This document shows, piece after piece, positions 11,327-23,264 of a stretch of 33,886 nucleotides of DNA. Both the position numbers and the translations under genes were made by a program. Source of the stretch: Tubiluchus corallicola (Eukaryota > Animalia > Priapulida); the NCBI GenBank assembly GCA_030141605.1, contig JAQGDQ010000756.1, positions 67,484-101,369 on the forward strand, in the 5' to 3' direction. Every line of letters begins with the position of its first letter. Position 1 is the stretch's first letter. The notes under the pieces are model-generated. The model was not told the origin of the DNA and did no database searches. It saw only the letters and a program-made list of their open reading frames with translations.

Positions 11327-12673
11327 TGAACGAAAACTGGACCATTGATTACTAGGGGTGAGCATTCTCTACCAGAAAGCGAATTCGAATCGAACCGAAT
11401 TTGTGACTTTCGAATTCGAATCGAACCGAATTTGTGACTTTCGAATTCGAATCGAACCGAATTTGTGACTTTCGAATTCGGATGGAACCCAACTTCAGTG
11501 TTTCGAATTCGAATTGAGATCGAAAGATTTTCGAACACGTTTTCGAACCACCAGTAAAAATTAGTCTTACAAAGATCATGCATATCACTAGATTTTGTTT
11601 GCAATAAAACGACTAGTAATTTCTTTAAAATTGTGCGCAGAAATCACAGCTAAATTATGTTAATTGCATGATGTTTGAATCGTTTTAGTGATCAGGAACA
11701 TGTGTGATTGAAGTGCTGAATTATTCGAATCTATAGTTAAAAGCTAAAAAACTCGTTCGAATCGAATTCGAGCGTTCGATGCTCACCCCTATTGATTAGA
11801 CTCATTTTAACTTGCTGTTCAAAGTACTTGAATTACATTTGGAAATGCATTTTCTTGCCTATAAAAATTAGCAGTTGTTTCTAATATTTGAATAGTTACC
11901 TTGTGAAGTTAATTAACGGCAACCGTACACAGCTTATCGCTTACGTCACAAATTAACCACAGTTTGTGCAATGGTGGGAATCTTCTTTGTGCGTCAAGCA
12001 CATTTACGTAAACGAAGAAGCTGTAAGACGCTGATGTGATGTCACCAAAGTGAGATCACAGATGAACACCGGAGTTTACGATCATGCTTATCACGGTACA
12101 GCGCCTATTTGTTGGATACGCAAATCTGACAAGAATGCGTCCTAGTCTTAGTAGATTCGCTCAGCCGTGCGTAGCTTTAAATGCTCTAAAATATTGAAAA
12201 CTACAATAGCTTTTTTAAATCAAATTTTAAGTTAAATAATAATTACCTCGGATACTCAAATTTCGTTAAACTTCAAAGCTACGTGCGGCTTAGTGAATCT
12301 GCTAAGATTGGCAGCAGCGCCTTTTTGTCACATTGGAGTGGCTGACAAATAGAAGGCGGTACCGTGATAAGCATAATGATGAACTGCTGTGTTAGTTTCT
12401 GACGCATATGACGTAGAGCCCATATTCGTTACATCATGCGTTTAAGCAGTAACACTTTGCTTAACGCGCAAAGAAAGGTGCCTACCATTGCACAAACTGT
12501 GATTAGTTTGTGACGTAAGCAGTAGCTGTGTTCGGTTTCCCGCTAATCAACTTTCTAAACTAATTATTCAAATATAAGGAACAATTGCTAACTTTTATAG
12601 GCAAGAAAACGTATATTTTGGACAGTAAATTAAAATGAGATTGAATCTAAACAATCGTCCGTTCTTCCTTTAA
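11327..12673. mobile_element. Palindromic (foldback) Kolobok-like element, left terminus interrupted by the hAT MITE
   Basis: Arms 11800-12180 and 12272-12640 are imperfect reverse complements (e.g. TTTTCTTGCCTATAAAA/TTTTATAGGCAAGAAAA, GCTTACGTCACAAA/TTTGTGACGTAAGC, ATGCTTATCACGGTAC/GTACCGTGATAAGCAT). Right end AATCGTCCGTTCTTCCT-TTAA. Confidence 0.8.
11353..11791. mobile_element. hAT-type MITE with perfect 13-bp TIR and TTCGAA-rich subterminal repeats
   Basis: TIR TAGGGGTGAGCAT...ATGCTCACCCCTA; TSD TTGATTAC (11345-11352) / TTGATTAG (11792-11799); three 31-bp repeats CGAATTCGAATCGAACCGAATTTGTGACTTT. Confidence 0.88.
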
Positions 12674-12754
12674 CCTTAATGTAAGCATTCCCTAGTTCAT
12701 GTAAAAACTACAAAAATGCTTGTATGAAACTTGGCACTTCACAGTGCAAATGAT

Positions 12755-12966
12755 GCAGTACTTGGTTGTTGTGCGCATGCGGCATGTCCGAGATAAGAAG
12801 CTGCTCGCTAGGTAGAGAAAGTACTGTCCCTCACGCAGGGCCCACACTGTTGTGCAACTGTAAGGTAGTGTTACTTTTTAACTAATTTCTTTGTGTATGT
12901 TACACAATATTAAAACAGTATATTAAAATGAGATTGAGTCTAAAAAATCGTCCAGTTTTCCTTTAA
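12755..12966. mobile_element. Fragment of a related TTAA-terminated element
   Basis: Ends TAAAATGAGATTGAGTCTAAAAAATCGTCCAGTTTTCCT-TTAA, nearly identical to the terminus at 12631-12673. Confidence 0.65.
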
Positions 12967-13463
12967 CTGATTCTGAAGGACACGGAGTATTTATCTATCA
13001 TCTTTCAGCACTCAGTTTGTGAATTTATACATTTAGTGACATTTCAAAACTTTCTGCTCTGTTTTATCAGCAGAACTTTTGCTGAAAGACGCCTGTCAGA
13101 GTTGTTGATTCTACGGTACCACTAGATTGCACTTACAGCTGTACAAATAACGAAGCCAGCTCGCTTAGAGGCGACATTGCCCGCTCACCAACACTGGCTT
13201 CTTCTGGATGTCCAGTTTCATCGCTGCACCAGTCCATAAATCAGGCCCATTCGTTTGTCAAATTTATTTGATGGAAACGCTTATCGAATTGTCGAATGTT
13301 TTCGAAAGATAAAAAACGATAAATCAGCAAAGCCGCTGTCAGATTAGGAAAAATTGCAGGCAAGCGTGTTCTGAATTCTGAAGTAATCCTGTCTTTCTGT
13401 CTTGGTGGACTGGTCACGTGACAGACAATGGTAAAAGTTAAATTCCATTCCTAGGCAATTATG

Positions 13464-15030
13464 GGCTTCATTGAGTCATGGTAGTCGTAATGGCTTCATT
13501 GAGTCATGGTAGTCGTAATGGCTTCCTTGAGTCATGGTAGTCGTAATGGCTTCATTGAGTCATGGTAGTCGTAATGACTTCATTGAGTCATGATAGTCGT
13601 AATGGCTTCATTGAGTCATGATAGTCGTAATGGCTTCATTGAGTCATGGTATTCGTAATGGCTTCATTGAGTCATGGTAGTCGTAATGGCTTCATTGAGT
13701 CATGGTAGTCGTAATGGCTTCATTGAGTCATGGTAGTCGTAATCGCTTCATTGAGTCACGGTAGTCGTAATGGCTTCATTGAGTCATGGTAGTCGTAATG
13801 GCTTCATTGAGTCATGGTAGTCGTAATGGCTTCATTGAGTCATGGTAGTCGTAATGGCTTCATTGAGTCATGGTAGCCGTAATGGCTTCATTAATTCATG
13901 GTAGTCGTAATGGCTTCATTGAGTCATGGTAGTCGTAATGGCTTCATTGAGTCATGGTAGTCGTAATAACTTCATTGAGTCATGGTAGCCGTAGTGACGT
14001 CATTGAGTCATGGTAGTTGTAATGGGTTCGTTGAGTCATGGTAGCCGTAATGGCTTCATTGAGTCATGGTAGTCGTAATGGCTTCATTGAGTCATGGTAG
14101 TCGTAATGGCTTCATTGAGTCATGGTAGCCGTAATGGCTTCATTGAGTCATGGTAGTCGTAATGGCTTCATTGAGTCATGGTAGCCGTAATGGCTTCATT
14201 AATTCATGGTAGTCGTAATGGCTTCATTGAGTCATGGTAGTCGTAATGGCTTCATTGAGTCATGGTGGTCGTAATGGCTTCATTGAGTCATGGTAGTCGT
14301 AATGGCTTCATTGAGTCATGGTAGCCGTAGTGACTTCATTGAGTCATTGTAGTCGTAATGGCTTCATTGAGTCATGGTAGTCGTAATGGCTTCATTGAGT
14401 CATGGTAGCCGTAATGGCTTCATTGATTCACGGTAGCCGTAGTGGCTTCATTGAGACATGGTAGTCGTAATGCCTTCATTGAGTCATGGTAGCCGTAATG
14501 GCTTCATTAATTCATGGTAGTCGTAATGGCTTCATTGAGTCATGGTAGTCGTAATGGCTTCATTGAGTCATGGTGGTCGTAATGGCTTCATTGAGTCATG
14601 GTAGTCGTAATGGCTTCATTGAGTCATGGTAGCCGTAGTGACTTCATTGAGTCATGGTAGTCGTAATGGCTTCATTGAGTCATGGTAGTCGTAATGGCTT
14701 CATTGAGTCATGGTAGCCGTAATGGCTTCATTGATTCACGGTAGCCGTAGTGGCTTCATTGAGACATGGTAGTCGTAATGCCTTCATTGAGTCATGGTAG
14801 TCGTAATGGCTTCATTGAGTCATGGTAGTCGTAATGGCTTCATTGAGTCAAGGTAGTCGTAATGCCTTCATTGAGTCATGGTAGTCGTAATGGCTTCATT
14901 GAGTCATGGTAGTCGTAATGGCTTCATTGAGTCATGGTAGTCGTAGTGGCTTCATTGAGTCGTGGTAGTCGTAATGGCTTCATTGAGTCATGGTAGTCGC
15001 AATGGCTTCATTGAGTCATGGTTGTCATAA
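13464..15030. repeat. 28-bp minisatellite (~56 copies), most units containing TGAGTCA
   Basis: Unit GGCTTCATTGAGTCATGGTAGTCGTAAT. Confidence 0.98.
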
Positions 15031-15082
15031 TTACTCTTTCAGTTATTTGTATAAATTTACTTTTTCTTCTTAAATATTGTCT

Positions 15083-15685
15083 TTAAAAAACCGGACTCAA
15101 TCTTAAACTATAGATCAAAACAATCTGCTCTTTAAAATATTGAAAGCAAACATACTATTTTTCAAAAATGACTCACGTGAAAGAATTATTACCACACAAA
15201 CACAATTTTACATTCGCGCCACTAGTTCTTCGCTGTTACATGCATTTCACCATTCGCTAGTTAGACGGGCACTAGCGCTTGCTTTTCGGAAATGCATTGC
15301 ACAAAAACAGGTGCTGTACCTCACAGTGCAGATGTGCTCATTTCTGACGAACTGCGCACGTTCGACAGGTCATCCGTGAGCACGATAAATTTGAAATTTG
15401 AATTTTTATCTTAAATTCAACACACTGAATATCTTACAGTAGCACTGCACTTCAATTTTCGCTTTTGCAAACACGTGCAACACGCTCGTGGAATATTTTT
15501 GCTGTTAAAAATTATGTTAGTTTGTGATGTCATCAATAGTTGGGCTCGCCAACTATTAACAGAAGTTTTTAATTTATTACTTAATTACCAGAAAGACTTT
15601 TGCAGTATTAATTGTGTTAAAATGTATACTTTTGATTGGACTTGAAAATGGGATAGTATATGAAAAATCATCCTGTCTTCTTTTA
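15083..15685 (+). mobile_element. Family A Kolobok-like non-autonomous element (~600 bp, near full length)
   Basis: Colinear with 4345-4956 (rc) and 29396-30508; ends ...GAAAAATCATCCTGTCTTCTTTTA. Confidence 0.85.
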
Positions 15686-15937
15686 CAACCAGATTTAAAT
15701 CTATGTTCCACTATTGAAGAAAATCATTAATTAATTAATTAAAGAAAGAACCTGGAGAAGTGGTGCAATTCTGCAACTCAGCAAATGAAAGTTAGCTTGT
15801 CACCATTAAGGTAATTGTGAGGTACTTGCTGGACTAATTACACAGCAGATGTCGCCTACACCAGAATTCTACCTGTCCACTACTGTACAATAGTTGTAAC
15901 ATTCATCTAATGATCCTGATAATGGTAATTATGATGA

Positions 15938-16512
15938 TATGGAGGAGGAGGAGAATGAGGAAGGGGAGGAGAAAGAGGAAGAGGAGGACGATGAAGAGGA
16001 GAACGAGGAAGGGGATGAGAAAGAGGACGAAGAGGAGAACGATGAAGAGTGGGAGAACGAGGAAGAAGAGGACGATGAAGAGTGGGAGAAAGAGGAAGAA
16101 GAGGAGAACAATGAAGAGTGGGAGAACGAGGAAGAAGAGGAGGACGATGAAGAGGAGGAGAATGATGAAGAAGAGGAGGACGATGAAGAGGAGAACGAGG
16201 AAGGGAGGAGAAAGAGGAAGAAGAGTAGAACGGTGAAGAGTAGGAAAACGAGGAAGAAGAGGGGGACGATGAAGAGGAGAACGAGGAAGGGGATGAGAAA
16301 GAGGACGAAGAGGAGAACGATGAAGAGGAGGATAATGAGTAAGAAGAGGGGGACGATGAACAGGAGGACGATAAAGGGGAGGAGAATGAGGAAGGGGAGG
16401 AGGGCGAGGAAGAGAAGGACAATGAGGAAGAAGAGAAGAACGATGAAGGGGAGGAGAACGAGGAAGGGGAGGAGAACGAGGAGGAGAATTAGAATGAGGA
16501 AGGGGAGGAGGG
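15938..16512. repeat. Purine-rich GAR-triplet low-complexity repeat
   Basis: Almost only G/A, with recurring GAGGAGAACGAGGAAG / GACGATGAAGAG motifs; the Glu-rich reading shifts frame midway. Confidence 0.92.
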
Positions 16513-16867
16513 AACAATGGCAACAATATTTTCATTAAATAGTTTAACATTACCATTAAATCTGGCTTCCTGTAGCCCACATCTGAGTGTCTCCTCTACC
16601 AATGATTATCACCTGATTTTTTGCATCCTAAGGTAGGCCTGACTGTCCATAGTCAGCACTCACCTGGTTGAATGTTGTGACTTTCGACCTGGCTTCATTT
16701 CAACTGCCTTCATGTGACCTTACGTGCCCACAACCTTTCTTCCTATAGTCTGGAATCATCCTGGTTTCTTGTCGCCTACCGTTAATCTGGCTTCTTTTTA
16801 TGACTGGGAATCAGCCTGTCTTCTTATAGCATACCCTCAACCTTATTTCCTGCAGGTTGAATCAACC

Positions 16868-18512
16868 AACCTTTCTATACCCCAGCCTGCCTTTTTATAC
16901 CCCCAACCTGCCTTCCTGTACCCCCGGCCTGCCTCCCTGTACCCCCGGCCTGCCTTCCTGTACCCCCGACCCGCCTTTCTGTACCCCAGCCTGCCTTTCT
17001 GTACCCCCGGCCTGCCTTCCTGTACCCCCGACCCGCCTTTCTGTACCCCAGCCTGCCTTTTTATACCCCAACCTGCCTTCCTGTACCCCCGGCCTGCCTT
17101 CCTGTACCCCCGGCCTGCCTCCTTGTACCCCCGGCCTGCCTTCCTGTACCCCCGACCCGCCTTTCTGTACCCCAGCCTGCCTTCCTATACCCCAGCCTGC
17201 CTTCCTGTACCCCAGCCTGCCTTCCTGTACCCCCAGCCTGCCTTTCTGTACCCCCAGCCTGGTTTCCTTTACCCCAGCCTGCCTTCCTGTACCCCAGCCT
17301 GCCTTCCTGTACCCCAGCCTGGTTTCCTTTACCCCAGCCTGGCTTCCTGTACCCCCGGCCTGCGTTCCTGTACCCCAGCCTGCCTTCCTTTACCCCAGCC
17401 TGGCTTCCTATACCTCCAGCCTGCCTTTCTATACCCCAGCTTGCCTTCCTTTACCCCAGCCTGGCTTCCTGTACCCCCAGCCTGCCTTCCTGTACCCCCA
17501 GCCTGGCTTCCTTTACCCCAGCCTGGCTTCCTTTACCCCAGCCTGGCTTCCTATACCTCCAGCCTGCCTTTCTATACCCCAGCTTGCCTTCCTTTACCCC
17601 AGCCTGCCTTCCTGCACCCCCAGCCTGCCTTCCTGTACCCCATCCTGCCTTCCTATACCCCCAGCCTGCCTTCCTGTACCCCCAGCCTGCCTTTCTATAC
17701 CCCAGCCTGCCTTCCTGTACCCCAGCCTGCCTTTCTGTACCCCATCCTGCCTTTCTATACCCCATCCTGCCTTTCTGTACCCCAGCCTTCCTTTCTGTAC
17801 CCCAGCCTGGCTTCCTATACCCCCATCCTGCCTTCCTATACCACCAGCCTGCCTTTCTGTACCCCCAGCCTGGCTTCTTTTACCCCATCCTGCCTTCCTA
17901 TACCACCAGCCTGCCTTTCTGTACCCCCAGCCTGCCTTCCTGTACCTCCAGTCTGCCTTCCTGTACCTCCAGCCTGTCTTCCTATACCACCAGCCTGCCT
18001 TCCTGTACCCCCAGCCTGCCTTCCTGTACCTCCAGTCTGCCTTCCTGTACCCCCAGCCTGCCTTCCTTTACCCCAGCCTTCCTTCCTGTACCCCCAGCCT
18101 GCCTTCCTTTACCCCAGCCTTCCTTCCTGTACCCCCAGCCTGCCTTTCTGTACCCCCAGCCTGCCTTCCTGTACCTCCAGTCTGCCTTCCTGTACCCCCA
18201 GCCTGGCTTCCTGTACCTCCAGTCTGTCTTCCTGTACCCCCAGCCTGCCTTCCTGTACCCCCAGCCTGCCTTTCTGTACCCCCAGCCTGCCTTCCTGTAC
18301 CTCCAGTCTGCCTTCCTGTACCCCCCAGCCTGGCTTCTTTTACCCCAGCCTGGCTTCCTTTACCCCATCCTGCCTTCCTATACCCCCAGCCTGCCTTCCT
18401 GTACCCCCAGCCTGCCTTCCTGTACCCCCAGCCTGCCTTCCTGTACCTCCAGCCTGCCTTCCTGTACCTCCAGCCTGCCTTCCTGTACCCCCAGCCTGGC
18501 TTCCTTTACCCC
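16868..18512. repeat. 20/21-bp C-rich minisatellite (~80 copies)
   Basis: Unit CCCC(C)AGCCTGCCTTCCTGTA with variable C-run length. Confidence 0.97.
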
Positions 18513-18543
18513 AAAACTTGCTCCTTATCTTCTCAACCTGGTG

Positions 18544-19817
18544 TCCAACACCCTCAGTAACTAAACCCTCAACCTCCCTTTCTATAGCACAACCTGACTT
18601 CCCATACCTTCACGTTGGCTTCCTCACGCTCCTCTCCAACACCCTCAGTAACTAAACCCTCAGCCTCCCTTTCTATAGCTCAACCTGACTTCCCATACCT
18701 TCACGTTGGCTTCCTCACGCTCCTCTCCAACACCCTCAGTAACTAAACCCTCAACCTCCCTTTCTATAACTCAACCTGACTTCCCATACCATCACGTTGG
18801 CTTCCTCACACTCCTCTCCAACACCTTCAGTAACTAAACCCTCAACCTCCCTTTCTATAGCTCAACCTGACTTCCCATACCTTCACGTTGGCTTCCTCAC
18901 GCTCCTCTTCAACACCCTCAGTAACTAAACCCTCAACCTCCCTTTCTATAACACAACCTGACTTCCCATACCGTCACGTTGGCTTCCGCACACTCCTCTC
19001 CAACACCCTCAGTAACTAAACCCTCAACCTCCCTTTCTATAACTCAACCTGACTTCCCATACCTTCACGTTGGCTTCCTCACGCTCCTCTCCAACACCCT
19101 CAGTAACTAAACCCTCAACCTCCCTTTCTATAACACAACCTGACTTCCCATACTGTCACGTTGGCTTCCGCACACTCCTCTCCAACACCCTCAGTAACTA
19201 AACCCTCAACCTCCCTTCGTATAACTCAACCTGACTTCCCATACCTTCACGTTGGCTTCCTCACGCTCCTCTCCAACACCCTCAGTAACTAAACCCTCAA
19301 CCTCCCTTTCTATAACACAACCTGACTTCCCATACTGTCACGTTGGCTTCCGCACACTCCTCTCCAACACCCTCAGTAACTAAACCCTCAACCTCCCTTC
19401 GTATAACTCAACCTGACTTCCCATACCTTCACGTTGGCTTCCTCACGCTCCTCTCCAACACCCTCAGTAACTAAACCCTCAACCTCCCTTTCTATAACAC
19501 AACCTGACTTCCCATACTGTCACGTTGGCTTCCTCACGCTCCTCTCCAACACCCTCAGTAACTAAACCCTCAACCTCCCTTTCTATAGCTCAACCTGACT
19601 TCCCATACCGTCACGTTGGCTTCCTCACGCTCCTCTCCAACACCCTCAGTAACTAAACCCTCAACCTCCCTTTCTATAACACAACCTGACTTCCCATACC
19701 GTCACGTTGGCTTCCGCACACTCCTCTCCAACACCCTCAGTAACTAAACCCTCATGCTCCCTTTCTATAACACAACCTGGCTTCCCATACCGTCACATTG
19801 GCTTCCTCACGCTCCTC
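18544..19817. repeat. 91-bp satellite (~14 copies)
   Basis: CCCTCAGTAA recurs at 18551, 18642 and 18733 (period 91). Confidence 0.97.
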
Positions 19818-20344
19818 TAAATGGTTAGCAATCCAACAGCTTTCTATTTGCTGAAGTAATCAGAGAGCCATAACGCTCGCGTAATCAGTTCATTAATGTT
19901 TGCAGTATTAATTTCTCCTGCCTCTGCTAGACTTAGCAATTATGCCATCATCATATTCCGGACAATCAAATCCGCTGCATTGAAGACCTCCTGCTGCTGC
20001 TGCTGCTGCTGCACAGGTTACGTTGGCTGTTGCTTTAAGTGTTTGCCTTCCCCGTCAACACAAAGTGTAATTAACAATTTGTGCGTGGAGGATCGAATTA
20101 TTGCATCGACCCACGTGGACTGTGTGCAGTTCTTGATTTTGCCGAGCAATTTAGGACAAGGAGAAAAACCAAGGAAGCCAAGTTCTTAGAAAAATGAGCA
20201 AATGGTTGCCCTAATTGCAGTTTGATTGATTTACGTAATTAGGCATTCAGTTGGTTTTGATGACGATCTTTTGTCATTGGAAGGTTTCTGAAAACACTGA
20301 TTTCCATTTTGAATTTTAAGATCGTTTAGGCAAAAGTTTCAATC

Positions 20345-20503
20345 ATCCATTTATTTGTTCATTCAGTGTTTACTCGTTCGTGCGTTCTTTCATTAATCAC
20401 TCATTCACCCACTCACTCACTCATTCGTTCCTTCGTTTGCTGATTCATTCATTCGTTCGTTTATTCATTCATTTGTTCATTCATTCATTCGTTTGTCTAT
20501 TGG

Positions 20504-20552
<49 letters not shown>

Positions 20553-20910
20553 AGATAGATTGATTGATTCATTTATTCATTCATTCATTTATTCGTTCGT
20601 TCGTTCCTTCGTTCATTCATTCATTCATTTGTTCATTCATTCATTTGTTCATTCATTCATTCATTCATTCATTTGTTTATTGATTGATTGATTGATTAAT
20701 TAACTGATTGATTGATTCATTCATGCATTCAGTCATTTATTCATTTATTCGTTCGTTCTTTTGTTCGTTCATTTATTTATTCATTCGTTCATTTATTGAT
20801 TAGTTGATTAATTAATTGACTGATTCATTCTTTAATTCATTCAGCTGATCTCTCATTCATTTACTCATTCATTCATCTGTGCATTCATTGATTTATTTAA
20901 TCATTCATTT
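20345..20910. repeat. Compound (TTCA)n/(TTGA)n/(TTCG)n microsatellite
   Basis: Direct inspection. Confidence 0.93.
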
Positions 20911-21077
20911 CTGATTTATTTTTTCGCGTATCTTTTCTTTCATTTTCTATTTAATTGTTATATAGTTATATAATCATTATTTATTTATTTGTTTAGGCGT
21001 TCTTTATTTTAAGTGGCAGTTGATGGCAAATACCTGTCCTCTTGTTTGAATGATTAATTATTTCTATTTGTTTACAG

Positions 21078-21178
21078 GTATGCTATCCACTATACAAGAT
21101 TTCGTAGAAACTACTATAGTCTTGAAGAAAGACAAGGAACTGGGAATCAGCATTGTCGGTGGTAGCGACACCTATCTG
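21078..21178 (+). CDS. PDZ gene exon B: PDZ1 betaA-betaB (G-MLSTIQDFVETTIVLKKDKELGISIVGGSDTYL)
   Basis: TTTACAG acceptor, CTG|GTAAGA donor; carboxylate-binding loop ELGISIVGGSDT is typical of MPDZ/PATJ/LNX PDZs; phase 1 to 0. Confidence 0.93.
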
Positions 21179-21253
21179 GTAAGAAAAGCATTACAAGAAG
21201 CATTCTGTTTCTTTAAATTCTTTGTTATACACCAAAGCGTTCAGCTTCCATCA

Positions 21254-22560
21254 TCCAGCGTCTAGCTTCCGGTGTCTGGCATCTGGATTCCAGTGTCCAG
21301 CGTTTAGCTTCCGGTGTCTGGCATCTGGATTCCAGTGTCCATCGTCTAGCTTCCAGTGTCTGGCATCTGGATTCCAGTGTCCAGCGTCTAGCTTCCGGTG
21401 TCTGGCATCTGGATTCCAGTGTCCATCGTCTAGCTTCCGGTGTCTGGCATCTGGATTCCAGTGTCCAGCGTCTAGCTTCCGGTGTCTGGCATCTGGATTC
21501 CAGTGTCCAGTGTCTAGCTTCCGGTGTCTGGCATCTGGATTCCACCGTCCAGTGTCTAGCTTCCGGTGTTTGGCATCTGGATTCCAGTGTCCAGCATCTA
21601 GCTTCCGGTGTCTGGCATCTGGATTCCAGTGTCCAGTGTCTAGCTTCCGGTGTCTGGCATCTGGATTCCAGTGTCCAGTGTCTAGCTTCCGGTGTCTGGC
21701 ATCTGGATTCCAGTGTCCATCGTCTAGCTTCCGGTGTCTGGCATTTGGATTCCACCGTCCAGCGTCTAGCTTCCGGTGTCTGGCATCTGGATTCCAGTGT
21801 CCAGCGTCTAGCTTCCGGTGTCTGGCATCTGGATTCCAGTGTCCAGCGTCTACCTTCCGGTGTCTGGCATCTGGATTCCAGTGTCCAGTGTCTACCTTCC
21901 GGTGTCTGGCATCTGGATTCCAGTGTCCAGCGTCTAGCTTCCGGTGTCTGGCATCTGGATTCCACCGTCCAGTGTCTAGCTTCCGGTGTTTGGCATCTGG
22001 ATTCCAGTGTCCAGCATCTAGCTTCCGGTGTCTGGCATCTGGATTCCAGTGTCCAGTGTCTAGCTTCCGGTGTCTGGCATCTGGATTCCAGTGTCCAGTG
22101 TCTAGCTTCCGGTGTCTGGCATCTGGATTCCAGTGTCCAGTGTCTAGCTTCCGGTGTCTGGCATCTGGATTCCAGTGTCAAGTGTCTAGCTTCCGGTGTC
22201 TGGCATCTGGATTCCAGTGTCCAGCGTCTAGCTTCCGGTGTCTGGCATCTGGATTCCAGTGTCCAGTGTCTAGCTTCCGGTGTCTGGCATCTGGATTCCA
22301 GTGTCCATCGTCTAGCTTCCGGTGTCTGGCATCTGGATTCCAGTGTCCAGGGTCTAGCTTCCGGTGTCTGGCATCTGGATTCCAGTGTCCATCGTCTAGC
22401 TTCCGGTGTCTGGCATCTGGATTCCAGTGTCCAGTGTCTAGCTTCCGGTGTCTGGCATCTGGATTCCAGTGTCCAGTGTCTAGCTTCCGGTGTTTGGCAT
22501 CTGAATTCCAGTGTCCAGCATCTAGTTTCCCGTGTCCTGCATCTGGCTTCCACCTCCACA
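21254..22560. repeat. 42-bp minisatellite (~31 copies) built from 7-bp subunits
   Basis: Unit TCTAGCT-TCCGGTG-TCTGGCA-TCTGGAT-TCCAGTG-TCCAGCG. Confidence 0.97.
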
Positions 22561-22712
22561 GTCCAGCTTTCAGCATCCAGCATCTGGTTGCTGGCTTGCA
22601 CCGTCCAGTGTCTAGCTTCCAGGGCACCAGGCTGTCAAAAAATAGGAGAAGTGTCTTGAGTCTGGCTTCCACTGTCAAAATAGTTTGGTTTTGTCACCGA
22701 TTGTCAATATAT

Positions 22713-23004
22713 AGATTTTCTCGCTTGCTGACGCCGGATAGACGCTTGACGCTTAGGTGTAAACTAGGCTTTAGTCGACTGTAAACACTTCTTGTTCATT
22801 ATGCTTTCCATTCGTGTTACTAGTCAGTATATTTACTTAGACACATTCTTCCATGCCAAGATTTTCTCGCTTGCAGATGCCGGATAGACGCTTGACGCTT
22901 AGGTGTAAACTAGGCTTTAGTCGACCGTAAACACTTCTTGTTCATTATGCTTTCCATTCGTGTTACTAGTCAGTATATTTACTTAGACGCATTCTTCCAG
23001 GCCA
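22713..23004. repeat. 146-bp tandem duplication (2 copies)
   Basis: AGATTTTCTCGCTTGC at 22713 and 22859; copies differ by only a few substitutions. Confidence 0.93.
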
Positions 23005-23060
23005 CGATTGTCAATACTGCAGACTAGATTGTTTTGATTGTTTTTGCTTTGTTGTTTTAG

Positions 23061-23144
23061 CAAGCAATTTGTGTTGCTGAAATTCACGAAGATGGCGCTG
23101 CTATTCACGATGGAAGGTTGAGACGAGGGGACCAGATCCTGTCT
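23061..23144 (+). CDS. PDZ gene exon C (QAICVAEIHEDGAAIHDGRLRRGDQILS)
   Basis: TTGTTTTAG acceptor, TCT|GTGAGT donor; 84 nt, phase 0-0; canonical PDZ motif GAA-DGRL--GDQIL. Confidence 0.95.
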
Positions 23145-23264
23145 GTGAGTTCTCATACATTTTGTGCTAGCGTTATTCCACGTCTTGTAAAAATGTTAAA
23201 CAAATTAAAATTAATGCCGATTAATTTACGAAAAAATGAGTTCGAAAAGTAGTAACAGTCAGTA

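Noticed and set aside
11353-11791. TTCGAA clusters as tRNA T-loops or heat-shock elements
   Set aside because: No cloverleaf is evident; they are explained as subterminal repeats of the hAT MITE.
15903-16580. Glu-rich, Lys/Arg-rich and Pro/Ser-rich ORFs
   Set aside because: A low-complexity purine tract is open in many frames; the acidic frame shifts midway and I found no convincing flanking splice sites.
16724-18655. 643-, 567- and 326-aa Pro-rich ORFs
   Set aside because: The 20/21-bp unit lacks stops in all three + frames, and C-run indels constantly swap frames, which is inconsistent with coding constraint.
18544-19817. CTAAACCCT in the 91-mer as a telomeric repeat
   Set aside because: It is a single isolated word per unit, not tandem telomere repeats.
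21222-22784. 520-aa Cys-repeat ORF as a read-through extension of exon B
   Set aside because: The exon B frame stops at 21263-21265; the long ORF is in another frame, has no ATG start and lies between two exons of a single PDZ domain.
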